A stretch of 64,000 nucleotides of DNA from Mayamaea pseudoterrestris. Its lineage: Eukaryota. Positions 43,721 to 56,524 of the stretch are shown here, piece after piece; position 1 is the first letter of the stretch, and every line of letters starts with the position of its first letter. Both the position numbers and the translations under genes were made by a program. The stretch lies in contig BROI01000001.1 of the NCBI GenBank assembly GCA_027923505.1, forward strand, positions 1,302,001 through 1,366,000. The letters are read 5' to 3'. The notes under the pieces are model-generated. The model was given only the letters and a program-made list of their open reading frames with translations, was not told the origin of the DNA and searched no databases.

Positions 43721-45152
43721 CTAATAAAACTGCCACCAGTTTGTCGTCCATTGCTGCGACAATGAGCATTTCCATACATACATCATTTCTCCGTACTTAG
43801 GATTATGCTGGACACCGGCACATCCGTCTTGTATTGTCACGGGATGCAGCTCAAAGCGGTCATTCCAAGATGGACTGCCATTCTCCGCGGAATATTGCTG
43901 GCGATGATTGCTAGAGTCACAAAGGTCAACATACAGTGGTTCCTCCAAAATGTTTTCCGGAATGGTCAAGCAAAGATTTGAGTTGGTGTCTCTCACTTGA
44001 AAGACACTGTCCGACATGTAGTTGAACTTCCACTGCGTCACCATGCCGTCAACGGCGCAATTGGTCATGTAGACGCGGTGACCAGCCGTGCAAGCCACGC
44101 CGCTTGAATCGCAACGCATGCACCTGATTGTAAAGCGTAATTGGAAGGAATTGATAAGCGCTGGTCAATGCCACCCGGGGAAACGCTCAACGACTCCTAG
44201 TCAAAAAATATCACTCCACTTACCATTGGCGTTCAATTTCTTCACCCTGCCACTTGTATCCATCCTCCCAAAAGATTTTCAAGCCAAACTCATCGCCTCC
44301 ACTTCTTCCATCCTGATCATTGTTGTTTTCGGGGGGAATGCTTCTTAACATGTACGGATCAATGCAGTAGTCAGTGTCCGCCGCCGTGTCAATGCCGTCG
44401 CAACCAGGCACCGACTCGCCGGCGTTGCGAAAGTAGCAGGCCAATCCGGATTCGCAGTCGCCACTATCATCGCAGTCACCTTGGCAGATACCGAGTGGAA
44501 ATGCGGAACTTGGGTTGTTGTTATTGCCAATGTACTCAATGTCAGGAGCAGAAATTGGAATGCAGTAGTCACTCTCGGTAAGTTCGTCTCCTCCACTGCA
44601 GCCAGGAACAGCCTCGCCCACATTGCGCTGGTAGCAGAACAAACCAGAGGCACAGTCGGAATCATCATCACAGTCACCTTGGCAATTGCCAAGGGGAAAG
44701 ACGTTGGCAGGACTTCCATTGTCGCCCATGATTTGCAGCCGAGGCATGGTTGTCCTCGTGCCCGAGGTAGTCGAGGATGATACATCTGCAGCTGCGGCAT
44801 AAGCTCCCGACGATGAGTCATCGTGGCAAGAATCTGGATTACATGCTCCACAAGCATCCGGATAAGCGTTGGCTACCTCGCGACAAGCATTTTTGTTGGA
44901 CATTGTCTGCGCTAGTGTATCTCGGTGCTTTCCACAAGTGGAGCTGCCGGCTTGTGCGTTCCAAACGTCAGTGTCGCAGCTGGGGCAAGTGCAGTAGGTT
45001 CGTGACTGTAAATGGCGCTGTCTGGATGCAATGTTACTCGGCGCTTGGTCGGCTGTCTTCGAATTCGACGACGAAAGAAAAGCCATTGTGCAAAGGACTG
45101 CCGAGGCGATTAATAGGACGGCCACAGCAAGAGACGTAGGCTTCTTCATCAT
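43721..45152 (-). CDS. Secreted or surface protein with two frustulin-like acidic Cys-rich (CQGDCD) repeats and a C-terminal ricin-B-like domain; intron 44124-44223
   Basis: N-terminal hydrophobic segment; FPLG.CQGDCD...DC..GL.CY.R..GE.VPGC.G...DYC twice; splicing joins ERQW-CMRC. Confidence 0.85.
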
Positions 45153-45950
45153 GATAAAACAGTGGGAGAGTAGAAGATTTTTGCTTGATCCTTGGCCAAC
45201 CGAATGGAAGACTTGCAACGAATGAAGGGATGAGTTTGTGACAATGAGCAAGGTGCAGCGGAAGCGGCGAAAGAAAATGTGCGACTAATTCGTGAGTGCC
45301 GTACCTCGACGCCGAAAAGCCGGGCGAGGCAAATTGTGGCAGAGCCGAGCTATTTCGTTAAGTAATCTTGTTGCCGAACCTTCCGTTGCATCGGCCGGCT
45401 CGACATGTTCCTATCTCACCGACTTTGAACGGGTATCGCGACAAGTCAGCCAAAGATTCGAAATCTTGCCTGGCGCAACGTGAGTCGGCGGTCCAACTTG
45501 TTTAAGTAGTTGAACGCAAGCTTTTGCTTAGGAAGCTCGCCGAAGCTGCGTAGACCCATTTGCGCGGCGAGAAGGCGACAGATGGAATGGCTTCCTCCGC
45601 GAAAGAGTTAGCTATGGATGCACAGGCACTCGCTGTGGCGCTGTGGCCTGGCCGCAGCCACAGTGGCCATGATTTGACCGGCAAGAGACATCGATAAAAA
45701 ACGTTGCCAAGATCATTTCATAAATCTAGGTTGGTAGTACAGCAGTGACTTTACTATGGCCTTATTAGAATAGGCGTACGACATACTGACACGCGTAACA
45801 TTAGTAAAAGTTCCAAGCATTCGTCGTCCATTTGCGCGACGTTTCGCACTTCCAAACGTAGACTGTTTCGCCATATTTGGGGTGATGAGTATCTCCAACA
45901 CATCCGTCGCTGGCCCAGACGGGGTTGAGTTCAAAGTGGCTGCCCCAAGC

Positions 45951-46948
45951 GGCCGAAACGAACCGCCAAGACGGCTCTTCGTCGCAAGGACGATGATGAC
46001 GTCAATGAAGCGGACAAACGAATTCGCTTCAAGCAGAGGTACATCGATGACGACGATGGGATCCGATACGACTGAGTTACTAGCCGAAGTCCGTCTGAAT
46101 AGTAGCAGCAATAACAACAAGAAGCCCGGAGTCGACTGCATCGTCATCCGCTTCAACGAGCGGAAGAAAGGTCTCCATACCTTTGACTCAGCAGCACACG
46201 GCAACCATCGCGAAGCCATCGAAAAGGACTGGCCGTCAGTACAACATCTCACCATTCTGTAGCTGCACTATCCAATCCTGCTCCCGAATCAGTTACTTGG
46301 TCATCAAGACGGTATACCTTGCAATCTGACGCGCAACAAGTTCCACGTCGGTCCATTGAGGGCGGTCGCCAGTACGTGTTGCGGCGCGTCACGGCCCGCT
46401 TCGACTATCAGCCGGACGTTTTGCAAGGACTACAAGCAGACGGGGTTTGCGGGCCACGGCTTGATACCTGCATCTACTTGCACGATCGGGGTGATTCACT
46501 GTCGGGGTGGCAGTTGGAGGAGCAGTGGCAGTTGCAGCAAAAGCGAAACAGCAGCTGCAGCAACAGGAACTGGATGACTACATGAAGCAGCAGCATGTGG
46601 AATAGTAAAACGAATACTACTACTCCCGCAGCAGCGACTTACAACTTGACGATGGATTGCCCTTTGCCTGTCACTTGTGTCGAAGTGCCTTTGACGAACC
46701 TGGTTGTTACCAATTGCGCACACTACTTTTGTCGAGGCATTTTGCATTTTGAGACATGTTCAAGAAACCTCGGAAGCTTGTCCGATTTGCAGCGCGATAC
46801 GCATGGCGTGTTCAACGAGCCGGACCAAGATAATTGGCGAGAAGAAGCGCAAGCTACTGGGTGCTCAAAAGGCAAAGGAGAATGGTTCATGGAAGGCCTT
46901 TACCAGTTGTTTCCTGCGGACGAGACGGAGAACGACAATGACGAGTAG
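45951..46948 (+). pseudogene. Frameshifted, 5'-clipped copy of Cwc24/RNF113 (pseudogene or sequencing errors)
   Basis: Motif fragments (VTARFDYQPD, CKDYKQTGF, DTCIYLHDRGD, VVTNCAHYFC) are scattered over three frames; the ATG is missing. Confidence 0.75.
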
Positions 46949-49144
46949 GAGTATAATGAGAATGGGAGCAAGCGGTGCTTGGAAGAAGAAGTGGTCGCGA
47001 TGGACCACGATAATTGTCAACAACGACGTGCGACCTTTTTGCTTTGGACGACACCTCGGATCATCTTCAGTACTACACGCGACTATCTTCCTCCTTTGCA
47101 TTGAAAAAGGCCAACGCACGACCCAAGTTAAGGTTGGGAAATGTTTCCACCCAGTCAATGAAAAAAGCCTTTTGGAAGCAATTCGTCCCTTGTCAGGGAT
47201 CACATGTATATACTTGAGACTGGTGATATCTGGATGACGGCACATTCTGCATCCTTTTCCCTGATCCGGTTAATGCTGGTGCCTTTACTAGACGCGACGA
47301 TATACGCTTCGCGAGCCATTGCCAGCGGCGACAACTTGTTGGTGTCTCCGATGATCCATCGTCAGTTAATGCAATGCCCAATAGATTTACATTCCGACTA
47401 ACAGTAAACAGAATTACGAAAACTGTATGTAACTTCCAAAATTAAAAAAACTACGCTATAGCCTGCTCTCATCCGTATTCACATCACAATATAAAAAGAG
47501 CAAGCTGCTTTCGAGAAGTATTCAGCCGCCCAACTGATGCGGCGCATTCATCGTCGACAAGATGCTTGTAAACGGTTCGTGAGCGCAATGTCAAAGTCAC
47601 AGAAATGCAAAAGGGTGCGCTGTAATAGCAAAAATTGCAGTAGACCATACTTGTCCAGAACGAGACAAGCAAGACGCAAAAAATTCAACACCAACAACCA
47701 TCGCTGATGTGACATGAACTTTGTTGTGCGGCTCGTGCCTTGCGTCTCAGTCCAACTGTAGTAGCATTATCGCATGCGAAGGCAACGCGAATGCGATGCT
47801 CGCAATGGGCTAGCAACTGCAGAGTCGCCAACTGTTGATAAGCCGAGCCAAACCGTTAAACGCTTGTCGTTCGCTTGCCATCGCTCTTGGGACACAAAAG
47901 TTTGAATGTAATTGAGCTAGCAAGAGTAGGAGCAAGCCCTGGATGATTCGGATAGAATAGGGTACTTAATGTGGGCCGCCTCGCTACCTTGTCCAATGAG
48001 CTACGTGGGTAGCCACATGGTGGGCTTGCATCTTGAGTATAGTGCTCGGACGAGCCCTGCAAAACCTTGCATGAAATGTATCTAGCCTGAGAGGACTTCA
48101 TGATACTTGTCTTGAGCATGTAAGCTGGCCACGGGCGAGTGGTGAGCAGTAAGCTCGGCTTGCTTGCTTAATGGGCCTTGCATGGTCAAAGAAATATCAT
48201 TGGTTTCCACTATTCCATTCAGAATGAACGTGCCGGTCGTTGTCAGAGCAACACCTTGTTGAGTCTCAAGGGAGGCCTCTGCAACGAAAACCGACTATCG
48301 GTGTTCCTTTCTCGTTTCTGGTATCAGAAGTGCCAATGGACAGGCTGCTGCGTTCCAGTTCCGGCCGACTGGTAACGACAGACGCGCTGGATGGACACTT
48401 GCCGAAGTCTCCTTCTGGTTAACGATTTTGACCACGCCTGAGAGCTGTACATGCACAATCGCAAGTAAAGTAAAGACCCTTGAGAATGCTGATTGCCGAA
48501 TGCTGATTGCTAATAATGTCGACTCAAAGCTCATCGGTTGACGCTGCCTGACCGCGGAAAGGATGAATGGTCATCACCTTAAAAACGACAGCAAACGTCT
48601 TCCTTGACAATTGCCGACACCAGCAGGCGCTCGTCTAAGCTTGCTTGCAAGCAGGCGACAGTCGACATGTAAATTCAGTGGTCAGTGAGAGCCTTTATTC
48701 ATCCTATCAGTCGCAGTCTTCCGTTTGGCGCGCCACTTCCTTATAAAAAATCCCCCGCAGATACATTAAAAACGCAGTTCAAACGTGCCCAGCCCATCAT
48801 ATAGTCTGTGATTGGATCAAAATGGTCACGTGAGCGAGCGAATAGGCGTTTCTCGTGTATTCGCGCCAATGACGAGACTCACCGAGCAAGATTCACAGTG
48901 GGAACGTTCACGCACGAAAGCAAGGTAATCGCGCGACGCGACAAAATGTTGAAGCAATCTCATTATCTTGGCTCTACGGATGACCGCTTGCTGCAACTTG
49001 GTTTGGATCATGTTGTACGCAAAAGACGTGACTTTCCAGAGAGTCGCGGCCATGAAAGCCATTGACTTGAAGAGAAAAAGATCATCGCTTGCGAGCCAAA
49101 AAATCAGCATTTAGCATGCACTAGCAGCCGTAGCAGCAGCAGCC

Positions 49145-50401
49145 ACTCTTGCTGTTGTCCATCTTGACCGACGCAATCATCTTGCTCTTTCAACTGTTGA
49201 TACAACGCCAGCGCCTGACTCGCCATGGACAAGGCAACGGTTGGAATGGACTCTCGCTCCGCCCTTGTCGTGACGGAATATTGATACAAGACTGGATTTC
49301 CACCAGCAAACGGCGAATGCACCAGTCGACGTTTCTTCTGGCGCAATGGATCATGGTTTTCACTGTCCGGCCGCTTGACGGCGGCGGAAACCCACGGACT
49401 TTGACGCCATGATGAATTCAATGTGCTGCAGCTGCTGCAATCTGGTTTGGCAACAATTTTGGCTCGTGGTTGCGCAGAAGCAATTGGCATATAGGCATCG
49501 CTGATTGTGCGCCCAGCTGGCGAGGTTGCGACCGTCGTGCGTCACGTGCGGATCAATGACAAAAGTTGCCGTGTGTTTGAAAGTGCAACGGTAAGCCGTG
49601 CAGCATGACGTTGAAGCGCTCCCTCGTCGCTTCTAATGTCAATCAGCGAGACTATTTGGATCAAGATTGACACCAATGGATTGTAACCTATCGATTCTTG
49701 CTTCGGAAAGCATGGAGGAAACATATCTTTGACGCTGATGTTTCAACCAATCCTGCAGACTGTGATTCTCGCAAATGTAGCCCGTCGGCACATTGAAGGA
49801 ACCGTAGCGCCTACGAAAGTCTACTAGTCCATTGAACATGCTGCACCATTGCACATCATCAATGGCATCGTTCTGTCCCTGCGCTCCCCGTCGGATCCAG
49901 TTCGAAACCAATCTCCTGCAGCTTTTGGATGCGACACGGCAGCAACGCGGGCGACCGGCCGCGAATGCCGCAAATAATGCTTGCGGTTGTTGCGGACCCA
50001 CTCGTACAAGTTCTTGTTGTTCCAGCGGTAGCCGCGTGGAACGTTGAGCGAGCCGTGGTGGCGTTGTTGAAGAGTCGAGCAAGCCCAGCAGCATGCCCAT
50101 CCAGCGCGCGTCAGAGTCTGTCGTGTCTTCGGGTAGTTGCTGTTTGTGCAGCTGCAGTTGCTGTTGCAGCTGCTGGTCGGGGAAGGATTTGCAAAGTATT
50201 TGAAAGTGATTTTTCCTTTATCTCAATGTTAGAAGGACTTCTCGATTTCAGTGCTTGACTGTCTGTAACGTTTGTCTCTGTTGCTTCGCCATTCAATTGC
50301 TCGTCGTGATCTAACGCTGCAGCTACAGCTACTACTGGAGGTGCGTTCCCTTCACCATTGACAGCAGCAGTAGGCTCTGCTTCCGTCGAGCTAGTAGACA
50401 T
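49145..50401 (-). pseudogene. Frameshifted copy of the HA-repeat gene (pseudogene or sequencing errors)
   Basis: Homologous peptides are split among ORFs 49104..49490, 49360..49545, 49639..50100, 49824..50009 and 50111..50428. Confidence 0.75.
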
Positions 50402-50443
50402 ACTCCTGGCCGATGCTCTGCTTATCAAGCTAAAAGAAATTCG

Positions 50444-50699
50444 GCTTGAACGTTGTGAATGGTAGGCAAGTTACTCTACGGAAGGATGGCGACGCGACGG
50501 TCATGTGGTCGCTGACCGCATCAAATGTCTGGGCGGGAACGCTGCGCCCTTTCTGGTGCGATTCCAATATTGCCCTTCGGGGAATTGACACTTTTGAAAG
50601 GCAACAAGGACGCTCAATCTTGCATTGCCCGCCCATGTCGTTCGACTCCGACTCCCCGTCATTGACACTTACCTCGAGTGACACGATCGAACATCCGCG
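50444..50699 (-). other. Second copy of the conserved structured element
   Basis: 5 substitutions relative to 14780..15035. Confidence 0.55.
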
Positions 50700-51743
50700 A
50701 GACGCAAAAAAGGTTCAACATGATGTGAGAATGGCTTCACAGTACAAATATCCGAATAAGCATGCTCGCACCAAGCATTAGAGCTAATGTAAACTAATAC
50801 TGTGTAGAACGAGGGTATTGCTGGCCGAGACTACCGCAAGGCGTGGCTGTTTCGACGAAGGCTACTGCAAACTACCGCAGGAGAGAGCCTTGCGCTTGTG
50901 GGGAACCACGCAGTAGCTAGCGCTTGGTTTGCCTGCGAGCTACTCTATATAAGTGTAGATAGAGCAAAACATATATGTATGTAATAGGCATGATGCGGTA
51001 AGACACTCGTGCAGCTGTTGTATTGCACGAATCTCAAACTCGACTTACAGTTAGTGCCTCGCATTTGATCAAAGCAGGCAACCAAAACAGCTGGTAAAAC
51101 CTGCGTTGCCATGCACTGGTTTATTGACATCGATGCCAGCACTCATTGCATCATATGACTCATCAGCAGGTACGCATTGGCAAGAAGAATTTCGGAGCAT
51201 TGAGCAAAGCGGTGTTTCTCTCCGTCTCATGCCCGATCTGCCATGACTCGACACTACTGTATTATTCAACGTCAATTAACTTCTTGGCTACTGCTCTATT
51301 CTAGAAAGAGGCGAAACAAACCTGCCGCGCAAAGAATGAGCAGGCGGCGGCGTTTAATGTTTCATTTGGAACAAAAATGAAGCTCCCTCACTGGTAGTAG
51401 TGGAGATCTATTGCCGGCAGTTGAAGTTGGCACCAAGTTCCGGTTACACTTTCCGAGATCGAATATTGCTTCACGACCATTGACGTTTCTAGAATATCAA
51501 AATGAGTCAATTTAGGAATATAAACGTAGATGATAAAATTAAAAACCCTATGTAAATGAAGATGACTGCTATCATGGTTCGGCTTTGCAGTTTGCTTCCC
51601 CGCCGATGCAGGGAGGTTTGCCAATAATGAAGGCAGGCTGAGTAAGCGCACACATCACATATTGGCAAGCTGCACTAAATGCAAAGCAACGACACAAAAA
51701 CTGCTTTATACCATCTACATACTCTGACAAGTCACTCACTCTG

Positions 51744-52097
51744 ATGCTCAGAAACTCCTGTTCAATCGGCTCGCACTTGGACCTTCTCGTCGTCACTCGC
51801 GACTACGCACCTCGCAAGCCGATGAGGTCCAACGAATGTGCACCTAGCCCGCCAAGACGGAAAGAATCGATTACACAAAGACCGCGAGCCCTTTCGTATC
51901 CAGAAGACAAACCTCCTCGACGACCTCAACGTTCCTTTCATGGATTGCATCAGATTGCGCAGGATGGTGTCGGGCGCGGGCAAAATGATAACGGCGACAA
52001 GGATACAGAGCCGACCGATACGAGCGACAGGAGTGACGGCCTTCAAGATTCCACTAGCTCATTCATTGCATCCACCTGCGTCGGCCACGTGCCATGA
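51744..52097 (+). CDS. Small Pro/Arg-rich hypothetical protein, copy 2
   Basis: Paralog of 16045..16401. Confidence 0.65.
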   Translation: MLRNSCSIGSHLDLLVVTRDYAPRKPMRSNECAPSPPRRKESITQRPRALSYPEDKPPRRPQRSFHGLHQIAQDGVGRGQNDNGDKDTEPTDTSDRSDGLQDSTSSFIASTCVGHVP

Positions 52098-52912
52098 CAT
52101 GTAACGCCACATATCATGTCATGACACGACACTGCGTCGAGTTTTAAGTTTTGAAGTTTTGAATACTTTAAAAATTCTTAAAGCATTTTGCTCAGCTAAA
52201 GCTAGTGGATGGACATGACTACAATAGCTTTATCTGTTGCTAGATCGACCGCCCCTATGTTGCTGCGTACTTAGTCGAACTTTTAGGAATATGAGCCCCA
52301 ACATTCTCAAGCGACAAGCGGCCATCCTTCGCCACATCGCCGCTCGCCACCCTTACGTTATGATGACTGCCAACACCTCTGCATCAGCTTCCAGCCTTGA
52401 ATATTGCGCTATTGCAGTGCTGTTAGACTTTGACACTTGGATGCTGTACAGAATAATTAATCTTTTTCATATTGCAGGTTGCAGGCTTGCAGGCAGTCAC
52501 GCTCCGTTCCAACATTGAAAATTGGCGTGGACCTTGACGCCATGCCATGCGCATGGGCGTGTATATGTCGAGGATCTAGAAAGAAACAACAAAGGTACAA
52601 ACAAAGTTGGCTAGTTGTGATGCATGGCGGTGGCGGTGGCAGCGCTGCTGTCTGCCGTCTGCTAATGCGAATGAGCTTTTCACAATATGAGCTCGCCCGG
52701 CTCGACAAGGCCAAAAACACAGAAAACGTCTAATTACCAAACGTCACTCAGTCTGATCGGTACCAAAATTCTGTCGCGCCTCCAAAATTTAAACGCAGCA
52801 CTCATCTCACAAGACTGCCGATTGCACATACACCTCCAAGCCTTCGGAGTCGTTGCATGTCGAGGGTTTCAAGTATTGAAATAATCCACGGTGCATCTGC
52901 GATTACGTAACC

Positions 52913-55900
52913 ATGGGTCGAAGCAATCAATCGAACGAAACAGCAGCAGCCGCTCTGGATCAATCATTCACTGCGCAGCAGCAGCCGAGAAAGAAAATGA
53001 TGAAGTCGGTCGAGTGCAAGCTCGAGCATGGCAACCATGTCGTTGTAGGATCATTGGACGACGAAGACGACGAAACGGAACTGACTTGGCGATTAGACGC
53101 CAACAAGAGTCTCAGTGATTGGGCAGTGATTGTCACCACCAAGGAGACTGGAGCAGTCCAAGTCTACAATGTTCACAAAAACTACTTGGCCGTCGGACCA
53201 CGCAAGTCATTGTACTTTGCGCGCGAGTTTGGCGCGCATGCCAAGAGACTACAGGAGCAGCAAGAGTTGATCAGACAGCAGGAACAACAAAAGTTGCAGC
53301 AACAACAGAAGAAACTGAATGGAATTGCTAATGACAAGAAGGGGATTCTGCCAAAACAATTTGCCTTTCACTCGGGCATTGAACCTTGCGAAATGATTAC
53401 ACGGACGCTTCGAAACGATCGCAAAGTGGTTGATGCTGTCGCGCCGCTGAGTCATCAGATGGTTACCAAGCTTGAGCTTGCGCAACTGGCCGCCGAAGCG
53501 TTTCCGCAAGTGCTCGACTATATTTACTCGGGAGGCACGAAACTGGAAGTCAATACACACAATGCGACTGCGCTGCATTACTTGGCTGATTTGTTTGAAA
53601 TTAAACCGCTCCGGCGATTCATTCGCAGCTTTTGGCAGCAAGATTTGTGCGTCGAGAACCTTTGCTTGTACTACAAACACGCCAGCGTCATAGGTGACGT
53701 TCCAGTGTTGCGGCAGGCGCAGGAGTTTTGCGCCCGGCATATATTTGAAATTCCCGAGGACTATGTGGTGCAAGTCTTGACGGCGATTGATGCAACGTTT
53801 TTCTTTCACGTCATTTCGCATCACGCAGCCATTGGTGGGTCGGACCAAAAGGACGACGACGAGCATGATGTCGCTGGCGAGGAGAAGTCAAGCAAGGCGT
53901 TGCCACAAAAGGATACACGCGCCATTTCGTCCAAGCGACTTAGTCTCATTGTTGCCGTCTACTGCAACATTCATCGGCAGGACTTGAATGGTGCGTCGTT
54001 TCTTCGATTGGTCGGTCCGGACATTTTGCCAGAGATTGACTTGAAGGCGGCCAAAGTATTGCTCGAACTCGAATACTACATTTGTCGTGACAAGGATAAG
54101 CTTACGTCGCTCAAGAAGCGATGCATCAAGGTCATGAGCAAAAAGTGGGACCATGTGTGCGTCGATACGAAAGACTTTGACGTTGTTACGCTGCCAAGGT
54201 TGGGCGGTGAAGCACTTGAACGATTTGTTGCAATGAGCTTTACAAATGCCAAGGAGCGCTTATCAACGTTGGACCAAATCTTTCTCGAGTGGGACAAGGT
54301 GCAGGCAGAGCTGCAGCGACTGCGTTCCGAAGTGAGACAACTGCGCGAGGAAAAGAAGAATTTTTACGGTGAAAATATTTTCGAAACGTACGGCGGTGCC
54401 TTGCCGAAGTCAACGAAACTAAACGAAACGTCTTCGTTCATGCCGACGCATCTTTCAATGAAGGGTCGAGCATTTACGGACGTGACTGGAACGTCAACTG
54501 CGTCAATGCAATCCAAAGCTTCTGCTGCAAAACAGGGTCCCGGATCGATGAACGGTATGACGAATGGCTCATCGAGTGGAACCATCAAGCAAACACCATC
54601 TTTTATTCACGAAAAAGAGGCGCAACATTCTGAGCAAGCCCGAGCAGCGCATTCAAAGCTGCCTCTCAATGAAGATGAAGATACAACGAGTCGGTTTAAA
54701 GGGAGCTCTGTGTTCAGCGGCCATCCGCCAAGCGCAGCCTCATTGTCTGAATATGCCGACTTTGTTTTGAAAAGTATGCCAGCGCGCGTAGAAGCGATTG
54801 AAATGGCAAGAAATCGCCAAAAGGTTGCACTTTCTGCGTATGAGGAGGCGGTGGCAAAATTGAAGCAGTCTTCGGATGCTCGCGCAGCCATTGAAGCCCA
54901 TTCGAGCATGGCAGAATCATACGCCCAAGCGTCAGTCGATAGTCAAGCCATTCCTGAGTGGACGGCGAGCTTCTCCATGGCAGACTCTGGAGTCCATGCG
55001 CCGATTGCGAGTCAAGCCTCGCCAGAACGTTCGACAAAGGTAAAGATGCTTGCTTCGCTAAACGCAGCGCGCTTGGCAACACCTGAGCGCTCAACATCCC
55101 GCTCGATGCCGTCAGTGTCGGAGTCCCATCCTCATTCGGATCGAGCTCCGAAAGATCCACTGCTAGAATCACCAATCGCATCTGATTTTACGTCTTATAA
55201 TGGTTCCATGCCTTCGAATTGCTCGGAAAGAAGAGCCAACAATGTGGATAGCTTTAGATTTGATAAAACGAACGATGAACTCGCTCCGCCAATCGCATCG
55301 CTTGATGCAGTTTCGGAACAACGAATGTCAAGCCGACAGCAATCAGATAGTTTCGAAAGAGCTAGCTCTGCACTCCATGACTACGAAGCCAACAGCTTTT
55401 CGCACGAGAACAAATACGATTCGGGCAACAAACCTAATCGTAATCTGGTGGTGCCCAAGGCTGCTTTGGACAGCCCTCACAGTAGTCGAACAACTCGAGT
55501 CAAAAACACGCAAAAGACGGCAGAACGCATGACGCCACCACCCCAAGCTTGTCTTGTCACGCCGCCATCTCGTCCTGTGTCCACAGGACGCATGCCGACG
55601 GAATCATTCTCACAAGATTATACAATGGCGGGCGCACAAAATGTCGTGGAGACACCCTCGCGAACGGCTACCCCATCGAGGCCGCAGGAGATTCTCAAGG
55701 ATGCTGCTACTACCGCCAAATCTCTGTTTTCATTCACCAAGAACTACATTAAAACGTCGGCGTCGCACTTTACAAACACTCCGTACGACGACGATGACCA
55801 TGTCGAGACGGACCAAACTACAGACAGCTACCTTGGTGGTAGCAATGGCCCCATTCATGCGAGCCAGCAACGGTCCACGCAAGGCCCACATCCTGCAACC

Positions 55901-56116
55901 GATACGGATACCGATGACTTTTCGTCATCACCAGTGTCGGTGGCAGTGTTTGACGCGGCTCCCTCCGATGAGGCAATGACGTTTGACGTTGGCTCACTGG
56001 TGCAGGCAGCCTACAAGTCTGGTCCAGACCGTCGGAAACTACCAGCCTCCAAGTATCAAATGTCAATGGTATCGGCAACGACGGCGTCGTCCGTGGCATC
56101 CACGTCGAGTTGGTGA
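52913..56116 (+). CDS. BTB/POZ-domain protein, copy 2 (1067 aa)
   Basis: Intact paralog of 17225..20437 with many silent changes. Confidence 0.9.
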   Translation: MGRSNQSNETAAAALDQSFTAQQQPRKKMMKSVECKLEHGNHVVVGSLDDEDDETELTWRLDANKSLSDWAVIVTTKETGAVQVYNVHKNYLAVGPRKSLYFAREFGAHAKRLQEQQELIRQQEQQKLQQQQKKLNGIANDKKGILPKQFAFHSGIEPCEMITRTLRNDRKVVDAVAPLSHQMVTKLELAQLAAEAFPQVLDYIYSGGTKLEVNTHNATALHYLADLFEIKPLRRFIRSFWQQDLCVENLCLYYKHASVIGDVPVLRQAQEFCARHIFEIPEDYVVQVLTAIDATFFFHVISHHAAIGGSDQKDDDEHDVAGEEKSSKALPQKDTRAISSKRLSLIVAVYCNIHRQDLNGASFLRLVGPDILPEIDLKAAKVLLELEYYICRDKDKLTSLKKRCIKVMSKKWDHVCVDTKDFDVVTLPRLGGEALERFVAMSFTNAKERLSTLDQIFLEWDKVQAELQRLRSEVRQLREEKKNFYGENIFETYGGALPKSTKLNETSSFMPTHLSMKGRAFTDVTGTSTASMQSKASAAKQGPGSMNGMTNGSSSGTIKQTPSFIHEKEAQHSEQARAAHSKLPLNEDEDTTSRFKGSSVFSGHPPSAASLSEYADFVLKSMPARVEAIEMARNRQKVALSAYEEAVAKLKQSSDARAAIEAHSSMAESYAQASVDSQAIPEWTASFSMADSGVHAPIASQASPERSTKVKMLASLNAARLATPERSTSRSMPSVSESHPHSDRAPKDPLLESPIASDFTSYNGSMPSNCSERRANNVDSFRFDKTNDELAPPIASLDAVSEQRMSSRQQSDSFERASSALHDYEANSFSHENKYDSGNKPNRNLVVPKAALDSPHSSRTTRVKNTQKTAERMTPPPQACLVTPPSRPVSTGRMPTESFSQDYTMAGAQNVVETPSRTATPSRPQEILKDAATTAKSLFSFTKNYIKTSASHFTNTPYDDDDHVETDQTTDSYLGGSNGPIHASQQRSTQGPHPATDTDTDDFSSSPVSVAVFDAAPSDEAMTFDVGSLVQAAYKSGPDRRKLPASKYQMSMVSATTASSVASTSSW

Positions 56117-56148
56117 TTGTGCGAATGAATGTAGATGTATAGCTTAAT

Positions 56149-56282
56149 GTTGCACTATCGAGCAATCGTCTCTCAATATAGCATGATGTATGGAAGATAC
56201 AAGGTTTGGTATAGCGTAAGGTTGCATTATTGAGCATTCGTCTCTCAATCTAGCATGATATATGGAAGATACAAGGTTTGGT
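56149..56282. repeat. 72 bp tandem duplication specific to copy 2
   Basis: GTTGCA(C/T)TAT(C/T)GAGCA(A/T)TCGTCTCTCAAT...GGAAGATACAAGGTTTGGT starts at 56149 and at 56221. Confidence 0.85.
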
Positions 56283-56524
56283 TTAACAACATGAATACTT
56301 TGGACGCATTCGGAACTGGCGCCGCATGAGTTCAATGCCTCTTGCTCGCATGACGGAGAAGCTACAAAGACCGTCACAGTAATCAATTAATAGGGCAACA
56401 GTCTGCCATGAACTACATTAACTTGAGTTTAATCTACGCGTATGCGCTTGTTTTTGCAGACGGTTGCTCACCCATGTTGCGCTCATGGCTAGCGTTTTTC
56501 CTTCCCCGTCAATGGACACTTCGG

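Noticed and set aside
47259..47283. TPP riboswitch-like CCTGATCCGGTTAATGCTGG
   Set aside because: Resembles the P4/P5 region, but a properly placed CUGAGA and P1 closure are missing, it is absent from block 1, and no thiamine gene is adjacent.
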